A DNA stretch of 64,000 nucleotides from an uncultured Candidatus Sumerlaeota bacterium (GTDB lineage: Bacteria; Sumerlaeota; Sumerlaeia; MWCT01; JAUWMI01). The notes under the pieces were generated by a model that did no database searches, was not told the origin of the DNA, and saw only the letters and a program-made list of their open reading frames with translations. This document shows, one piece after another, positions 61,638-64,000 of this stretch; the first letter of the stretch is position 1; each line of letters opens with the position of its first letter. The DNA lies in contig CAYVXD010000001.1 in assembly GCA_964454265.1 (NCBI GenBank), positions 13,136 to 77,135 of the forward strand. Direction: 5' to 3'. The position numbers and the translations under genes were made by a program.

Positions 61638-62555
61638 CTATCTTTGGTTCGGATTCAAAGTTTGAGTAGTCAACCGAAGGAGAAAGAGTTCAAACATTAC
61701 TTGAAGGTCTGGTACGTATCTATCCTGCTGTACCGGATATAGCGTGGTATTCAGGCGCACGAGGTATTTGAGGGCATAGCTGAGTTGAGTAGTTGAGTAT
61801 AGCAAAGCTGCGTCCTGAAACTTCTTCCGGCGATAAGAGTGCTGCTGGAGAATATTGCCCTGAAACTCCTTCGGGAACAATATTTCCTTGAGTCGCTTGT
61901 CGGTAGCAAACGTGCTTTCCTTTGCATTAAGGATTTTCGCCTGGAGAAGTAGGTGTATGTCATTTAGAACAGTGCGAAAAATACTTTGCCGGGCCTTCTC
62001 GTGGCTTGTGAACCATTGGCGGAACACTTTGATACATTGCGAGGTATTTTGCGTGAGGAGAGCGTCAGTCAAGCGATAGGCCAATGGTTTGTCGCTCATC
62101 TCTTGCACGACGCCGGTTTTTTTTAAAAGCGCGTAGAGTGGGGATTTCTTGCTTACGCTGCGGCGTTTTGCTTGATCTTCAACAGCCACCAGAATGAGAA
62201 CATTTGGCACATGCTGAAATGGTCCACTTACGAAATCGAGCAAATACTGCATGGAGGTGTTTTTCTTCTTATCATTGGTGCTGTCGGCGCCCTTCCGAGG
62301 TTTCCGATGATACAGCTCGGAAAGATTATACACCACAACGACGCGCTTCGTGTCTGGAAGCAAGGAAGGCATCGAGAGTTCTGAAATCAGATCAGCCACA
62401 ACTGAGTCGAGCGATACGGTCCATCGCGGCGCGGTTGGAGAGAATTCGATATAGTTATGAGAGCGAAGCTCCGGGCTGAGATGCTTGCTAATCAGCGCCA
62501 GCTTGGCATCGTTAATACGCGCTTCGTTGTCACCATGAAGAAGGTAAATCTCGCT
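61638..62555 (-). CDS. holA: DNA polymerase III delta subunit (probable), started at the internal MSEIYLLHG
   Basis: Length about 305 aa from MSEIYLLHGDNE, which is a typical HolA N-terminus. The ATG overlaps the upstream stop as ATGA. The full ORF extends 30 codons further. Confidence 0.45.
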   Translation of the reverse strand, partial: SEIYLLHGDNEARINDAKLALISKHLSPELRSHNYIEFSPTAPRWTVSLDSVVADLISELSMPSLLPDTKRVVVVYNLSELYHRKPRKGADSTNDKKKNTSMQYLLDFVSGPFQHVPNVLILVAVEDQAKRRSVSKKSPLYALLKKTGVVQEMSDKPLAYRLTDALLTQNTSQCIKVFRQWFTSHEKARQSIFRTVLNDIHLLLQAKILNAKESTFATDKRLKEILFPKEFQGNILQQHSYRRKKFQDAALLYSTTQLSYALKYLVRLNTTLYPVQQDRYVPDLQVMFELFLLRLTTQTLNPNQR

Positions 62556-63097
62556 CATGTCTGCCGTATCTGCGCCTTGTATGTTTCGCGGAGTGTATTG
62601 AAGAACTCCAGGGTATGTGGCTCCTGGTAGTCTGGATAGGTCCACGGCAACGGCTGGAACCCGCCGTGCTTTCTCTTGTACGTCAATGTAACTTCTCCAA
62701 AGATGCCTTTGCTCAGGTAGAGCCGGTGATCGTAGTCCTTTGTCGTGGCCAGCACCACCTTGGAGAGCGTCAGGTAGCCGGGATCAATATTGACGCGCCG
62801 CTTCTGAGTGTCGGGATCGCAAAAGAGCTTCTCAACTCTATTTGTATGTAGTTTTACCTCCGGAAGCTCGTCCATGTGCATGAGAGTCGCGCATGAGACA
62901 TAACGGCGCAGAATCTTCTCCCCCATCTCGTCGCTATAATATGCCGTATGCGTGAAGGGAAAGATGGCGCTTCGAAGATCAATCGCTCCAAAATCAACGA
63001 CCAGGCGCTTCTCCACGATCTCAAAGAGCTCCTCGCCGGCTACGAGGAGTCCAAAAAAGAGTTTGACGTCTGGCAGCTCTTTCTTCGCCTCACCCAT
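62555..63097 (-). CDS. Hypothetical protein, DUF4416-like (tentative)
   Basis: A 180-aa ORF with good coding character. No recognised catalytic motif. Confidence 0.35.
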   Translation of the reverse strand: MGEAKKELPDVKLFFGLLVAGEELFEIVEKRLVVDFGAIDLRSAIFPFTHTAYYSDEMGEKILRRYVSCATLMHMDELPEVKLHTNRVEKLFCDPDTQKRRVNIDPGYLTLSKVVLATTKDYDHRLYLSKGIFGEVTLTYKRKHGGFQPLPWTYPDYQEPHTLEFFNTLRETYKAQIRQT

Positions 63098-64000
63098 GGG
63101 CTTGCGAATCGCCCTCCGTATCGTCCTGCGTTATGCGGCCCTTGATCAGCGATGGTGGCGTTACCTGCTCGGAACCGATAGTGACGGCTTCTTGCAGCAT
63201 CGGAGCGATCTGTTCAATATCTGCTTCCCTACGGGCAAACATGTCGAACAAAGGTTCGCCTGCCTGTACACGGTCGCCTATCTTCTTGTGCATCATCAGG
63301 CCCACGCCATGATCTATAGGATCCTCATAGCGCTTCCGCCCGGCCCCGAGAAGCATTGAGGCCTTGCCAATGCGTTTTGTATTGTATGCGTGGATGAAGC
63401 CATCCTTGCTGGCCAGGATTTCGCCACGTTTCGGCGCAATTTCGAGCAACGCCTCATTGTCAACAACTCGCGGATTGCCCTTTTGTGCCGTCACCAGCTC
63501 AATGAATTTATCCAACGCCTTGCCGGTGTGCAATAGTTTTTCCAACCGTGCGCGCGCATCTTCGACTGACTCTGCTGCCTGGCCGAGAATAAGCATGTGC
63601 GCGCCGAGCGTCAGACAGATCTCATGCAAATCGCTCTCAGCATCAGGCGCTTTCAGCGCGGCGATAGCCTCGCGCACCTCCAGGGCGTTGCCTATGCAGG
63701 TGCCCAGCGGCTGGTTCATGTCAGTAATAAGGGCAATGACGTCCTTGCCGAGTTCGCGACCCACCCCCACGAGAGTTCGCGCCAGCCGGGTTGCATCATT
63801 ATGGTTGTTCATAAATGCGCCGTTTCCGGTTTTAACGTCCATGACAAAGGCGTCGGCGCCCGAAGCAACCTTTTTGCTCATAATACTTGCCGCGATGAGC
63901 GGAATACTTTCAATAGTTCCTGTCACATCGCGCAGAGCGTAAATCTTCTTGTCAGCCGGCACGAACTGCGCCGATGCCCCAATAAGGGCCACACCGATGG
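63090..64000 (-). CDS. deoA: Pyrimidine-nucleoside / thymidine phosphorylase, C-terminal approximately 300 aa; N-terminus lies beyond the window
   Basis: SIPLIAASIMSKK and TGNGAFM are thymidine-phosphorylase family motifs. The frame is open to the window edge. Confidence 0.75.
   Translation of the reverse strand, partial: IGVALIGASAQFVPADKKIYALRDVTGTIESIPLIAASIMSKKVASGADAFVMDVKTGNGAFMNNHNDATRLARTLVGVGRELGKDVIALITDMNQPLGTCIGNALEVREAIAALKAPDAESDLHEICLTLGAHMLILGQAAESVEDARARLEKLLHTGKALDKFIELVTAQKGNPRVVDNEALLEIAPKRGEILASKDGFIHAYNTKRIGKASMLLGAGRKRYEDPIDHGVGLMMHKKIGDRVQAGEPLFDMFARREADIEQIAPMLQEAVTIGSEQVTPPSLIKGRITQDDTEGDSQAHG

Overview
This 64 kb window reads as ordinary chromosomal DNA from a roughly 55% G+C Gram-negative bacterium. 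It is gene-dense on both strands. I found no rRNA, no CRISPR array and no transposase. I support about 55 CDS, one tRNA-Gly(UCC), several sigma70-type promoters, a few intrinsic terminators, and a previously unannotated family of about 28-bp perfect or near-perfect palindromes (GTAGGGGCA...TGCCCCTAC) in at least four intergenic sites.

Housekeeping genes I recognise from their motifs:
- pcm, ligA, ilvB-ilvN-ilvC, hemA with sirC and a hemX/ccsA-like gene
- lysC, thrC, thrB, hisH, nagB with a ROK regulator
- ybeY, era, nnr, rpoN, a GlmM/ManB-type phosphohexomutase, dgt
- a XerC/D-type recombinase, holA (probable), and a partial deoA/pdp at the right edge

The most interesting content, as I read it:
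1. A cluster at 30.8-37.7 kb: a PreA-like Fe-S flavoenzyme, an SsnA-like amidohydrolase, a CysK-like PLP enzyme, a YgeY-like M20 hydrolase, a YgeW-like carbamoyltransferase and an XdhC-like protein. It resembles the E. coli ssnA/ygeW/ygeY selenium-dependent molybdenum-hydroxylase neighbourhood. It also looks like a reductive heterocycle-catabolism pathway.
2. thrC translationally overlapped with a cofactor-independent phosphoglycerate-mutase-like gene (the proposed non-orthologous homoserine kinase), even though a canonical thrB lies about 1 kb downstream. An orphan hisH is wedged between them.
3. lysC translationally coupled (TAATG) to a deoxyhypusine-synthase-like gene.
4. A histidine kinase paired with a response regulator whose roughly 300-aa output domain is uncharacterised and ends in an Rx4H (HEPN-like) motif.
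5. An A+T-richer gene for a secreted, extremely Cys/Tyr/Trp-rich protein with C-terminal DUF4214-like repeats, sitting next to a palindrome copy.
6. An overlapping FHA - metallophosphoesterase - ligA operon.
7. A CHC2 (primase-type) zinc finger fused to TPR repeats.
8. A GC-rich multi-hairpin noncoding block upstream of ybeY.

All calls rest on motif recognition by eye. No database search or computation was possible.
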